From Pseudomonadales bacterium (GTDB lineage Bacteria; Pseudomonadota; Gammaproteobacteria; Pseudomonadales; Pseudohongiellaceae), in contig JALRBQ010000082.1 of assembly GCA_023257655.1 (NCBI GenBank), forward strand, positions 5,466-69,465: a stretch of DNA of 64,000 nucleotides, in the 5' to 3' direction. How positions within the stretch are numbered: the first letter of the stretch is position 1; each line of letters begins with the position of its first letter. The notes under the pieces are model-generated. The model made no database searches. It worked only from the letters and a program-made list of their open reading frames with translations, and was not told the DNA's origin. A program made the position numbers and the translations under genes. This document shows positions 36,705-47,854 of this stretch, in pieces.

Positions 36705-38918
36705 ATGCGCTTGTTACCATTTTCCATTGCCGGATGTTTGCTTTGTTTCAGCACGACTCTCAGTGCCCAGAATAGCCTTTTGGGTTTCGATGCCGATGGC
36801 GCCGCCGCGCAGCAAGCGCTCGAGGCGCGCTTCGATGCCAACCTCTCCGCCGCCGAGCTCGATGCCTGGCTGAAGGAGATGTCGCGCCAACCCCACCACC
36901 TCGGTTCGGTGCGGGACAAGGAAGTGGCGGACTTCGTCGCCGCTCGCTTCCGTGAGTGGGGCTATGACACCGAGATCGTCGAGTATGAGGTGTTGTTTCC
37001 AAGCCCGAAGACGCGCGAACTGGAACTCGTCGCGCCGACCCGGTTCACAGCCAGTCTGAGTGAGGACTCGCTGTCGGAAGATCCCAGCACCTCCAATATC
37101 ACCGATTTGTTGCCAACCTATAACGCCTTCTCCATCGATGGTGAGGTGGAGGGCGAGCTCGTGTTTGTGAACTATGGCACGCCGGCGGACTACGAGATTC
37201 TCGATCGCTATGGCATCAGCGTCGCCGGCAAGATTGCGATCTCGCGCTACGGCGGCTCCTGGCGCGGCATCAAACCTAAGCTGGCGGCGGAAAAAGGCGC
37301 GATCGGCACGCTGATCTATTCCGATCCAGAAGACGACGGTTATGGCGCCGGGGACGTGTATCCTGACGGACCCTTTAAACACGAGAGCGGCGTGCAGCGG
37401 GGCTCGGTGATGGATATGCCAACTTATCCCGGTGATGTACTGACCCCGTTCATCGGCGCCACTGCCGATGCGCGCCGTATTCCCCGCGAGGACGCACCCA
37501 CCATCACCGAGATTCCCGTGCTCCCCATTTCCTACCGCGATGCCCAGCCGCTGTTGGCGGCGATGGGTGGCGAAGTGGTGCCGCCGGAATGGCGAGGCGG
37601 ATTGCCTATCACTTATCATTTGGGACCAGGGCCGGCGCGTGTGCGCATGAAGCTGGAATTCAACTGGGACATGGTCACGGCCTACAACGTCATCGCCAAA
37701 TTGGAAGCCTCGACGTATCCGGACCAGTGGGTGATTCGCGGTAACCACCACGACGGCTGGAACCACGGCGCGGCCGACCCGCTCTCCGGACTGGTGGCGC
37801 TGATGGCCGAGGCAAAATCACTCGCCGCGCTGGCCGCGGCGGGACAGCGACCTCTTCGCACCGTGGTCTATGCCGCGTGGGATGGCGAGGAAGAGGGATT
37901 GATCGGTTCTACCGAGTGGGTGGAGGACAATGCTGCGCTGCTGTCTGAGCGGGCGGTGGCCTACATCAACACCGACGGCAATAGCCGCGGCTTCGTCAAC
38001 ATCGGCGGCAGCCATGTGCTGGAGAAGATGGCGAACGAGGTGATGCGCGATGTCACCGATCCCCAGACCGGCGTGTCGGTGGCGGCACGTCGCCGCGCCC
38101 GCATCGAGGCGACCGGCAGCGAGCAGGCGCGCGGCGAACTGAAGTCGCGGGCGGATATGCGCATCTCGCCGCTCGGCTCTGGTTCGGACTATTCACCGTT
38201 CCTGCAACACCTCGGCATCGCCTCGCTCAATATCGGTTTTGGCGGCGAGGCCAACGACGGTAGCTATCACACGCTCTATGACACCTACGAGCACTACACC
38301 CGCTTTCAGGATCCCGGCATGGTGTACGGCGTCGCGCTGTCCCAGGTGGCGGGAAGGGCGACCTTGCGACTGGCCTATGCGCCGCGCCTGCCGTTCGAGT
38401 TCAAGGGGCTGGCCGATAACGTCGGGCTTTACGTGAGCGAAGTGGAGAAACTAGCCGAAGACATGCGCAAGCAGACCGAAGCCGAGAATGCCCGCATCGA
38501 CTCCGGCATCTATGCGCTGGCGCTGGATCCAACCAAGACCCTCGGCGCGCCGCTGCGCAAGCCGGAGCTGCCGTTCTTTAATTTCGCGCCGCTGAAAAAC
38601 GCGCTGGCCGAGTTGCAGGACGCGGCGAATGCCTACGCAGAACTCGCTGGCAGTGGCGCTGCCGCCTCGGCCCAGGAGAACAAGCTGCTCTATACCATAG
38701 AACGCGCGTTGACTGACGAGAGTGGGTTGCCGGGTCGCCCCTGGTATCGTCATCATATCTACGCACCGGGGTTCTATACCGGTTATGGCGTGAAGACCCT
38801 GCCCGGCGTACGCGAGGCGATCGAGGAACGGCAGTTCGATCTGGTGGCGGGCGAGGTGGACGCGGCGGCGGCTGTGATTACCAATGCGGCGGCGCGGGTG
38901 CGGGAACTGGCGCGGTAA
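36705..38918 (+). CDS. Exported M28-family peptidase of the glutamate-carboxypeptidase-II / transferrin-receptor-like type
   Basis: ATG 36705 after AGAGGA. Signal ...STTLSAQN. PA-domain plus M28 catalytic region (RGNHHDGW, AAWDGEEEGLIGSTEW). C-terminal TfR-like dimerisation helices. Confidence 0.8.
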   Translation: MRLLPFSIAGCLLCFSTTLSAQNSLLGFDADGAAAQQALEARFDANLSAAELDAWLKEMSRQPHHLGSVRDKEVADFVAARFREWGYDTEIVEYEVLFPSPKTRELELVAPTRFTASLSEDSLSEDPSTSNITDLLPTYNAFSIDGEVEGELVFVNYGTPADYEILDRYGISVAGKIAISRYGGSWRGIKPKLAAEKGAIGTLIYSDPEDDGYGAGDVYPDGPFKHESGVQRGSVMDMPTYPGDVLTPFIGATADARRIPREDAPTITEIPVLPISYRDAQPLLAAMGGEVVPPEWRGGLPITYHLGPGPARVRMKLEFNWDMVTAYNVIAKLEASTYPDQWVIRGNHHDGWNHGAADPLSGLVALMAEAKSLAALAAAGQRPLRTVVYAAWDGEEEGLIGSTEWVEDNAALLSERAVAYINTDGNSRGFVNIGGSHVLEKMANEVMRDVTDPQTGVSVAARRRARIEATGSEQARGELKSRADMRISPLGSGSDYSPFLQHLGIASLNIGFGGEANDGSYHTLYDTYEHYTRFQDPGMVYGVALSQVAGRATLRLAYAPRLPFEFKGLADNVGLYVSEVEKLAEDMRKQTEAENARIDSGIYALALDPTKTLGAPLRKPELPFFNFAPLKNALAELQDAANAYAELAGSGAAASAQENKLLYTIERALTDESGLPGRPWYRHHIYAPGFYTGYGVKTLPGVREAIEERQFDLVAGEVDAAAAVITNAAARVRELAR

Positions 38919-38980
38919 CGATTGCGTAGTAATAAAAAATGGTCGGAGAAATTATTTGAAAAAGGTGTCGCAATAAAAAA

Positions 38981-39063
38981 GGGTCGGAGGCATTTAATGC
39001 TAAGCACTAATTGCCAGCGCCCCTTTTCTACGCGATAGCACTAAATGCCTCCGACCCCTTTTT
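38981..39063 (+). terminator. Long-loop hairpin with 16-bp perfect stem and T run (same family as 35290 element)
   Basis: GGGTCGGAGGCATTTA (38981-96) pairs with TAAATGCCTCCGACCC (39042-57), followed by CTTTTT. A degenerate extra left arm lies at 38934-38954. Confidence 0.7.
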
Positions 39064-39081
39064 AACCACCTTTTTACAGGC

Positions 39082-39110
39082 AAAAAAAACGGCGGGGTGC
39101 TGCCCCGCCG
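39082..39110 (-). terminator. Rho-independent terminator of groEL
   Basis: On the minus strand: CGGCGGGG-cagca-CCCCGCCG followed by T8, 28 nt after the groEL stop. Confidence 0.9.
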
Positions 39111-39137
39111 TAGAAGAAGACCAAATTAGCGTCGGGA

Positions 39138-41095
<1,958 letters not shown>

Positions 41096-41174
41096 GCAGT
41101 TCTCCTTTCAGATTTCTTCACGATCTTGTTGAAAGCGGGACAGCAGGCGATTTGCTGCGTCCCTGTATGCGCCG

Positions 41175-41204
41175 TAATAGGGGTGGGAATGGCCATTTCA
41201 AGGG
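41175..41204 (-). promoter_or_regulatory. Sigma-32 (RpoH) heat-shock promoter of groES-groEL
   Basis: The minus strand reads CCCTTGAAA-N12-CCCCTATTA. CTTGAA-N13-CCCCTATT has the same spacing as the E. coli groE promoter CTTGAA-N13-CCCCATTT (from memory). It lies about 80 nt upstream of the groES ATG. Confidence 0.75.
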
Positions 41205-41451
41205 GTGATTCTGAAAAAAATATTAGTAAATGTCGGGGCTGGGACTTCGGGTCGCGTGACCGGCAGTCTGGGCGATAGCCTGGTTGAAAGACTGGATGAA
41301 AGTATGGATGAAAGTCTGGCCGATTAACTGAAAGAAGGCAGGCCTCTCGGCAGGCTTGGACGGCCAGGGCCCACGTGCCGCCGGGCCGGGCTTGCACGCC
41401 GCGCTAATCCTGACTTAGAGTACCGTCATGGTATGGTGTTTGGAGGTGACC

Positions 41452-42051
41452 ATGCAGTTTGAGCAGCAGCTTCCCATTACAGAAACATCCCTGTCGATTT
41501 ACTTCAAACAACGCCTCACGCGCTACGCCAAACGCTTCCGTCCCCCACCCCATGAAGACACCTGCTGGTATCTTGGCAGCCTGCTGGAGCGCTTCGCCCA
41601 CAGCGACCAGCTCTTCTCCTACGACAACGAACACCTGACCCTGCGGCCGTTGGCGCTGCTGTACGCCGATGCACTGCAGGCAAGCAACGACCGTGAACGC
41701 TGCCTATTGTTGCAGCAACTGGGTGACATGGCGCTGTTTCTCGGAGCCCTGTTCCCCGGGCGCTATGCCCGCCACGGCATCGGTCAGGACTATTTCATCG
41801 GCATGGGCGGCGGCGCCTACGACTATCTGGCCGACAACGCCCGCCACGGTCGCCACATCTATGCTGAGCTGGCCCAGACCTTCACCCGCATGCTGGAGCT
41901 GGTGACCAACGCCTGCTCCCGCACCCACAACCTCAGCACCGAGGACATTCTGGCCCTGCACCAGCGCTGGGTGACCACCCGCGACCCGCTGGTCGGCCGC
42001 CAGCTACAGGCCCTCGGCATCGAACTGGGCGGCAGCACCCGCCTGCAGTAG
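41452..42051 (+). CDS. Conserved-looking hypothetical protein (cytoplasmic, helical)
   Basis: ATG 41452, 5 nt after GGAGG. I recognise no family motif. Coding-like composition. Confidence 0.6.
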   Translation: MQFEQQLPITETSLSIYFKQRLTRYAKRFRPPPHEDTCWYLGSLLERFAHSDQLFSYDNEHLTLRPLALLYADALQASNDRERCLLLQQLGDMALFLGALFPGRYARHGIGQDYFIGMGGGAYDYLADNARHGRHIYAELAQTFTRMLELVTNACSRTHNLSTEDILALHQRWVTTRDPLVGRQLQALGIELGGSTRLQ

Positions 42052-42080
42052 GCGCACCGCCGCGGTTGCTGTATTGTTAC

Positions 42081-42180
42081 GGGACACCCAATTAACTTGT
42101 TTTGGGACACCCAAGTAACACGGCAACGCCACTCAATTAATTGGGTGTCCCCGAATATGCTGAATTAATTGGGTGTCCCC
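42081..42180. repeat. 2+2 palindromic array of the GGGACACCCAAkTAA motif
   Basis: Forward copies at 42081-42095 and 42104-42118. Identical reverse copies AATTAATTGGGTGTCCCC at 42135-42152 and 42163-42180. Confidence 0.9.
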
Positions 42181-42203
42181 AAAATAACTACCGGACATAC
42201 GCC

Positions 42204-42665
42204 ATGACCCGACGCCTGCTGCTTGCCATACTGCTGTTCGCCCTGATCCCCGTGAGTTATGCCGAGGAGGACGTCTATCGGGCCTGCACCAACCTCGTCT
42301 ACGGCTATGCCTACAACCGCGACAACTTCAACGCGGAGGCCTTCGCTGACCTGTTCACCGCCGATGCCTCGCTGACGGTGGTCGGCACTACCTGGGTCGG
42401 CAAGGACGACATCCGTCAGCGTATCGAGGGTCTCAAGAATGGGTCCACCATCCGTCATGAGATGAGCACGATCCTGATCATCCCGATAGACGCCGACCAC
42501 GCCCGTGGCGTGAGCTATGCCACGATCTGGAGTGCCCCGGCGGGAGAGACCTCGGTGTCTGGCTTCGCCCTGATGGGGGAGTACCACGACGACTTCGTGC
42601 GTACCGCCGAGGGCTGGAAGATCGCGAAGCGGGTGCTGGTCCAGAAGTACTCCCGCGCCCAGTAA
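42204..42665 (+). CDS. Exported SnoaL-like / NTF2-fold protein
   Basis: ATG 42204. Signal LLLAILLFALIPVSYAEE. Pattern DLFTADASL...G...I....HE.S..I.....A.G......., C-terminal GWKIAKR. Confidence 0.65.
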   Translation: MTRRLLLAILLFALIPVSYAEEDVYRACTNLVYGYAYNRDNFNAEAFADLFTADASLTVVGTTWVGKDDIRQRIEGLKNGSTIRHEMSTILIIPIDADHARGVSYATIWSAPAGETSVSGFALMGEYHDDFVRTAEGWKIAKRVLVQKYSRAQ

Positions 42666-42839
42666 ACCCGGGACCAGTAATCCCAGGACCCGGCGCACAT
42701 CAGCGCCGGCAATCCTGCCATCGCGGCCGGCTCCGTCTGACCCCACGCTAACGCTTTCAATTCGTTACATTTTCCCGCGCTCAATTCCCCTATAATGCCC
42801 GCGCTGTATCTGACCCGGCGTGCCGTGACGTAATGCCGG

Positions 42840-42860
42840 ATCTACTCAATATCTACTCAA
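42840..42860. repeat. Direct repeat ATCTACTCAA-t-ATCTACTCAA (11-bp period)
   Basis: Read directly, 34-54 nt upstream of the TBDR TTG start. Confidence 0.85.
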
Positions 42861-42893
42861 CAAAGCCACACAAAAAAATGCAGGAGAAGCGTT

Positions 42894-45101
42894 TTGACTT
42901 GCATCAAGAGCCCAAGAGCCCTGACCCGTCACAATCACCCCGTGACCCGCATCCGACCCCTGACTGCCCTGATTGTCTCCACATTGTTGATGTCTGCCCC
43001 CGTTCTCGCCCAGGAACTGGAGGATGACGGCTCCACGGTGCGTTACCCGGCCGCCTATTTCGCCGAGTATTCCCCGGTAAACGCCCAGGACATGTTGGCC
43101 CGCATTCCGGGTCTGGAGTCCAACAACAATAGCAGCCGCGGCGGTTCCCAGCAGCGCGGTAATGCCAGCCGCGGCGGCCGCGGACTCGGCAGCGGCGGTG
43201 GTGGCACCCAGATCATGATCAACGGCAAGCGCACCGCCGGCAAAGACAACGACACCCAATCCCAACTCGCCCGCATCAATGCCGATCAGGTGAACTACAT
43301 CGAACTGATCCGCGGTACGTCCGGCGATCTCGATGTGCGGGGCGGCGATCAGGTCGTGAACATCGTCCTGTATGAACAACTCGCCAACACCTCTCTGTCC
43401 TATGACGTCAGCACCGACTATTACGACGATGGCGAAGCCAAGCCCGGCGGCTCCTTGTCATACGGCGGTCAGGCCGGCGCGCTCAACTTCCTGTTCAGCG
43501 CCGTGGCAGAACCGAAGTACGAGCACCGCGTGTCACACGAGAACAGCATCCTGCCCGGCTATGTGCCCAACGACACCATCCGCGAAGACCGTGTGCGCAA
43601 GCAGACGGCCTACACGCTGTCCACGAATCTGGGTTACGAGATCAGCGCCAACAGCAGCGCCCGCTTCAATGCCCTGTACGCCGAGAACGATGACCCCACT
43701 TCGGTCGACCGCATTACCACCACGCTGACCGGTGCCGCACCGGTGGCGTATCTGGAGCGCGAAGACATTCCCGGCGAGCGCAGCAACTGGGAGATCGGCG
43801 GCGACTACGAATACCGGTTCGGCAACGGCAACCGCTTCAAGGCGCTGTTCATCAGCAACGAAACCGACACCGCCAACCTGCGTGAACGCTATCACGTGCT
43901 GGACGATGGCTCGGAGACGAAGAATCTGTTTCTGGATAACGGCAGCGTGCTGACCGAGCGCATCATCCGTGGCTCTTACACCATGGACATCTTCGGCGGC
44001 CAGAACCTTGAGTTCGGCGCCGAACGCGCACAGACCATTCTCGATTCCAGCTTGCGTCTCGGCGTCGCCTCAAGCACCGGCACGCCGTCGCCGGAGTGGG
44101 GCGGTCTGGTGCCGGTGAATGTCGCGAACGCCAACACCGAAGTGGAAGAGGTGCGCTACGAACCCTTCCTCATTCACAACTGGCGCCTCAATCCGCGCAT
44201 GAGTCTGGAAACCTCGCTGGTGTACGAGACCTCGGAGATTTCCCAGTCCGGCGACTCCACCAACAGTCAGAACTTCAACTTCTTCAAACCGAAGGTGGAC
44301 TACCGTTTCGACGTCACGCCGCAGTTGCAACTGCGCATGCTAGTGGAGAAGGTTGTGCGCCAACTGAGCTTCACCGACTTCGTCGCCGCTACCGATAACG
44401 AAGACAATGATTCCAATACGCTCGCGGGTAATACCAACCTGCGACCGGACTTCTGGTGGAACTACAATTTCACGGCGGAGTATCGGCTGGCCGATGACCT
44501 CGGTGTCGTCAGCGCCAACCTCTATCATCACCGACACTCCGACTTCCTGCAGCGCATCGACGTGACGAAGCCGGGCGGTCCGTTGGAGTCAGCACCGGGC
44601 AATCTTGGCAAGGCCGACATGGTCGTGGCCGAAGTGAAGGGCAGCCTGCGCCTGACGCAGTTCGGTCTGCCGAATGTGCTCGTGACCGGTCTCGCCAGCA
44701 CGCGCGACTCCTGGGTCAAGGATCCCTTCACCAACGAGATTCACCGCTTCAACAACTACATGCGCGGTGAATACCAATTTGGCTTCCGCCATGACATCCC
44801 CGAATGGCGTCTGAACTACGGCCTGAATGTCCGCGATCGCATCGACGGCGGCACCAAGCGCTGGGATATCGAAGATATCGAATCCGATCACGCCGATCCC
44901 TGGGTGACAGCCTTCGTGGAGATGGTCGCGTTCAAGGACATCACGTTCCGTCTCGACGTGAACAACACCACCGATGTCGACATGTGCCGCGACCGCATCC
45001 GCTACGTGGGTCACATCGCGAACAATATTCTCGAGGAAGTGGAATACAACTGTGGCGGCGCCGGGCGTGTGTTTACCCTCAAGGCTAGCGGCACGTTCTA
45101 G
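42894..45101 (+). CDS. TonB-dependent receptor (paralog family with Gly/Ser/Arg-rich plug insert)
   Basis: TTG start 3 nt after AGGAGAAGC. Signal ...MSAPVLAQE. YPAAYFAEYSPVNAQDMLARIPG, RGLGSGGGGTQIMINGKR, terminal ASGTF. Confidence 0.9.
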   Translation: MTCIKSPRALTRHNHPVTRIRPLTALIVSTLLMSAPVLAQELEDDGSTVRYPAAYFAEYSPVNAQDMLARIPGLESNNNSSRGGSQQRGNASRGGRGLGSGGGGTQIMINGKRTAGKDNDTQSQLARINADQVNYIELIRGTSGDLDVRGGDQVVNIVLYEQLANTSLSYDVSTDYYDDGEAKPGGSLSYGGQAGALNFLFSAVAEPKYEHRVSHENSILPGYVPNDTIREDRVRKQTAYTLSTNLGYEISANSSARFNALYAENDDPTSVDRITTTLTGAAPVAYLEREDIPGERSNWEIGGDYEYRFGNGNRFKALFISNETDTANLRERYHVLDDGSETKNLFLDNGSVLTERIIRGSYTMDIFGGQNLEFGAERAQTILDSSLRLGVASSTGTPSPEWGGLVPVNVANANTEVEEVRYEPFLIHNWRLNPRMSLETSLVYETSEISQSGDSTNSQNFNFFKPKVDYRFDVTPQLQLRMLVEKVVRQLSFTDFVAATDNEDNDSNTLAGNTNLRPDFWWNYNFTAEYRLADDLGVVSANLYHHRHSDFLQRIDVTKPGGPLESAPGNLGKADMVVAEVKGSLRLTQFGLPNVLVTGLASTRDSWVKDPFTNEIHRFNNYMRGEYQFGFRHDIPEWRLNYGLNVRDRIDGGTKRWDIEDIESDHADPWVTAFVEMVAFKDITFRLDVNNTTDVDMCRDRIRYVGHIANNILEEVEYNCGGAGRVFTLKASGTF

Positions 45102-45388
45102 GCTGGCCTACCGACAGCTTTAAAATTTCCACAATGAGTGCACGTCAGCTTTTTGGCTGGCGCTGCCTTCGCAGGGGATCTCACCCCTGCCGCCGCGAGT
45201 GACAAGTTCGCGGCGAGATCGCAGGTCGAGCAGGCGAAATCCTGTAAGTGCTGTTTCTGATGGCGGTATTTCGGTGCGTCGATCTGGCAACTGCGCCGGG
45301 AAATTTCGTCAAGACAGTTTCTCCTGGCGGGCATAGCGTCTACACTGACGCTAATTCAACCCGACGCCGGCCCCGGCAGGAGTTCCCC

Positions 45389-46153
45389 ATGCGTTCACCC
45401 CTTCGTTCGCTCACCCTGAGTGCCCTCATTGGCCTCATCAACCTGTTTGTCATCAGTAGCGTCAGCGCGGCGACGGCCGACATGTTGGCGGCCGCGATCG
45501 CCAGCCCTGACCGACCGGCCGAAGATGTGGCCCAGGACGCCAGCCGCCTACCCAGCGAAGTGCTGACCTTCGCCGGCTTTCAGTCCGGCATGGCTGTGTT
45601 TGAGATGGAAGCCGGTGGCGGCTACTTCACCGAGATTCTGGGGCGCGCGGTCGGCATGAACGGCAGCGTTGTAATGCAGAATCCGCCTTCGTTCGATTCA
45701 TTCGTGGGTGAAGCCTATGACGCTCGCCTTGGCAACAACCGCCTGCCGACGGTACGCCTGAGCAAGTCCGCCTTCGATGCGCTGGATGCACCAGACAATT
45801 CCATCGACCTCGTTACCTGGATCATGGGCCCTCATGAACTCGGCTTCTCGCCGGGTGGCGCGAACCTTGGTGATCCCGCCAAGACCTTCAGCGAGATCGC
45901 CCGCATCCTGAAACCCGGCGGTGCCTTGCTGATGATCGATCACATCGCACCGGCGGGCAGCGGTGTCGAGGTAGGTGGCACCCTGCATCGCATAACCGAA
46001 GAACTGGCGACGCAACTGGCATCGGCTGCCGGCCTGAGCGTGGCGGCGAGTTCGGACATGTTCAAGAACGCCGCGGATCCGCTGACCGTGGGTGTGTTCG
46101 ATCCCTCTATTCAAGGCAAGACCAGCAAGTTCACTGTGCTGTACCGCAAGTAA
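45389..46153 (+). CDS. Signal-peptide-bearing class I methyltransferase-fold protein (COG4798-like)
   Basis: ATG 45389 after AGGAG. Signal ...FVISSVSAA. Motif VFEMEAGGGYFTEIL (SAM-fold motif I-like). Paralog of 51313..52095. Confidence 0.7.
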   Translation: MRSPLRSLTLSALIGLINLFVISSVSAATADMLAAAIASPDRPAEDVAQDASRLPSEVLTFAGFQSGMAVFEMEAGGGYFTEILGRAVGMNGSVVMQNPPSFDSFVGEAYDARLGNNRLPTVRLSKSAFDALDAPDNSIDLVTWIMGPHELGFSPGGANLGDPAKTFSEIARILKPGGALLMIDHIAPAGSGVEVGGTLHRITEELATQLASAAGLSVAASSDMFKNAADPLTVGVFDPSIQGKTSKFTVLYRK

Positions 46154-46200
46154 ACCTGAAGCACGGCTCCGCGCATACGGAGCCGTGCCTGCTCGTTCTG

Positions 46201-46689
46201 ATGCTTACCATTCCCGAACTCCTCAACACGCTGCCGCAAACGGGATCCGTCTGCTGGATAGGTATCCGGCCAGAACGCGGCGCACCGGTTCGTGTCGTCA
46301 ATGAGGTCGACGCGAGTCCTGAACAGGCTATTGTCGGTGACCGCTATCGCAGCGCCCGTGGCAAGCGCCAGATCACCCTCATTCAATTCGAGCACCTGGC
46401 CGCCATCGGCTCGATGTTAGGTCGCGAGCCTATCGCGCCGGAAATTCTGCGCCGAAACCTCGTTGTGAAGGGAATTAACTTACTGGCTCTGAAAGGCAAG
46501 CGGTTCAGAGTCGGTTCAACATTGCTCGAGTACACCGGACCGTGCGAGCCCTGTTCGAAGATGGAACTGGCGCTGGGGAGCGGGGGATATAACGCCATGC
46601 GGGGTCACGGCGGCATCAACGCCCGGATTATCGCAGCGGGTCGTATCGCCGTCGGAGACGCCGTGGAGATGGCGCCGGCGCTCGACTGA
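46201..46689 (+). CDS. MOSC domain protein
   Basis: 162 aa. RQITLIQ..., RRNLVVKGINL, and the conserved Cys context GPCEPCSKM. Confidence 0.8.
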   Translation: MLTIPELLNTLPQTGSVCWIGIRPERGAPVRVVNEVDASPEQAIVGDRYRSARGKRQITLIQFEHLAAIGSMLGREPIAPEILRRNLVVKGINLLALKGKRFRVGSTLLEYTGPCEPCSKMELALGSGGYNAMRGHGGINARIIAAGRIAVGDAVEMAPALD

Positions 46690-46776
46690 TAATCACGAAG
46701 GCGGAAGTGATTACAATGTCGCGAGCGCGGCACGGGAGAGACGCAATCAGTCCCGCGCCGCCAAACGGCAATCGGA

Positions 46777-47244
46777 CTAGCGTTTCACCGCGATCGACTG
46801 CATCTCGAAACGGGCGTTGAAGAGCAAGGTGCCGGCACCGACGAAGGCGCGCGCCGGAAACTCCTGGGTGAAGTATGTGCGATACACCTCGTTGAACGCG
46901 GCGTAGTCGGATACATCCGAGCAGAAGATCTGCACATAGACCAGATCATCCATGGTCATGCCGGCCTCCGCCAGTGTGGCCTTGATGGAATCCAGCATGT
47001 TTCGCGCTTCCACTTTGGCATCGGCAGGACGTTCGCCGTTGACCACTCCCAGCATGCCGGAGATATAGAGCGTATTGCCGGACAGCACTGCACCACTAAA
47101 GGGCGAACCGGTACCAGACGGGCTGCTGGGATTGATGTAGGTGCGTTCCTGGGCGAAAGCCGTGGTCGACAACGCCAGTAGCAGAGCGGCACAGGCGAGC
47201 AGGATCTGGATGGGGCTTGCGGAAAATCTGGTGTTGGATTTCAT
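46777..47244 (-). CDS. Exported RidA/YjgF/L-PSP family protein
   Basis: Start trimmed to ATG 47244 (AGGAG SD). Signal ...LSTTAFAQE. Motifs FSGAVLSGNTLYISG, PARAFVGAG. Confidence 0.8.
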   Translation of the reverse strand: MKSNTRFSASPIQILLACAALLLALSTTAFAQERTYINPSSPSGTGSPFSGAVLSGNTLYISGMLGVVNGERPADAKVEARNMLDSIKATLAEAGMTMDDLVYVQIFCSDVSDYAAFNEVYRTYFTQEFPARAFVGAGTLLFNARFEMQSIAVKR

Positions 47245-47526
47245 GCGGGCTACTCCTGAAACAGACAGAAAACGGGAGAGCCTCAGTCTATACCGACCTG
47301 TAGCCATTGCCCAAGTGGAATCGCCTTGGGGTGCTGACCGGCCGAATGCCGGCGATCGGAAATTCCTTCCTTGCGAGCGTCTCACCTGGCCTGATTTCAG
47401 GGCAAGTTGACTAACTGACTTTATATGGCTAATAGGCAGTACATTTGGCCGCCGCTGAGCGGGCACAATGTCTCGAATGTGCGATGACGTTTTCTGTGCC
47501 CAATTCTTCGGGCAGCCGCATTGGGC

Positions 47527-47625
47527 TTACACCACGCAGAGCCAGATGCCCCAACAGGCCAGGGCAGTAGCGACCGGAACAGCCATCATGCCTACCATGT
47601 ATTTAATGTGAATCATCTTTTTCAT
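47527..47625 (-). CDS. Untracked 32-codon (or 29-codon from ATG 47616) hydrophobic Cys/Trp-rich small ORF downstream of the sigma-54 promoter
   Basis: My translation: MKKMIHIKYMVGMMAVPVATALACWGIWLCVV*. AGAGG abuts the first ATG and lies 9 nt before the second. The ORF sits about 55 nt downstream of the predicted sigma-54 transcription start. Confidence 0.45.
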   Translation of the reverse strand: MKKMIHIKYMVGMMAVPVATALACWGIWLCVV

Positions 47626-47689
47626 CCTCTGGTTACGTGTGCGGTATGGCGGGCTGCCCGACCGGGTCTGCCCCTCTTGTATCCAGTTA

Positions 47690-47707
47690 TTGCAGACACC
47701 GTGCCAA
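47690..47707 (-). promoter_or_regulatory. Sigma-54 (-24/-12) promoter
   Basis: The minus strand reads TTGGCACGGTGTCTGCAA, i.e. TGGCAC-N5-CTGCA, with GG-N10-GC preserved. Intergenic, and divergent from a sigma-54 enhancer-binding protein gene. Confidence 0.65.
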
Positions 47708-47787
47708 TGTCGCAGAATTTTTTTATCTTATTGAATTTATTGTAAAAATACTGGGAACGCTGGTGGTGTTGGGAGGTAACGATTGAC

Positions 47788-47829
47788 GGCAATTGCCAAA
47801 AATGGCATATATCTCTGACATATTTGTCA
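47788..47829. promoter_or_regulatory. Two palindromes (GGCAATTGCC; TGACA-tatt-TGTCA), candidate upstream activating sequences
   Basis: Read directly at 47788-47797 and 47816-47829. They lie 80-125 bp upstream of the -24 element, with an A/T-rich tract (47716-47750) between. Confidence 0.35.
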
Positions 47830-47854
47830 AACCAGCCCAAAGAGTGCTATTGCC

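Noticed and set aside
36401-36919. 172-aa minus-strand ORF across the repeat-rich intergenic region and the start of the M28 peptidase gene.
   Set aside because: It overlaps the peptidase 5' end in antisense, is built largely from tandem-repeat translation, and has no recognisable motifs or SD.
38997-39050. TAAGCACTAA and TAGCACTAAA near groEL, superficially like CIRCE half-sites (TTAGCACTC-N9-GAGTGCTAA).
   Set aside because: They are direct rather than inverted repeats. They lie downstream of groEL inside the loop of a terminator-like hairpin, and the operon already has a good sigma-32 promoter. This is not a CIRCE operator.
42765-42796. Candidate sigma-70 promoter for the third TBDR (TTACAT ... 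TATAAT).
   Set aside because: The -10 is perfect, but the best -35-like hexamer is 20 nt away and there is no extended -10 TG. This is too weak to list as a feature without TSS data.
47245-47526. The 280-nt gap between the small sigma-54-driven ORF and the RidA-like gene, examined for a riboswitch, sRNA or terminator.
   Set aside because: I found only short 5-bp stems (CCGGC/GCCGG, CCAAG/CTTGG, TGCCC/GGGCA) without T tracts, and no conserved riboswitch core that I recognise. I cannot support a feature call.
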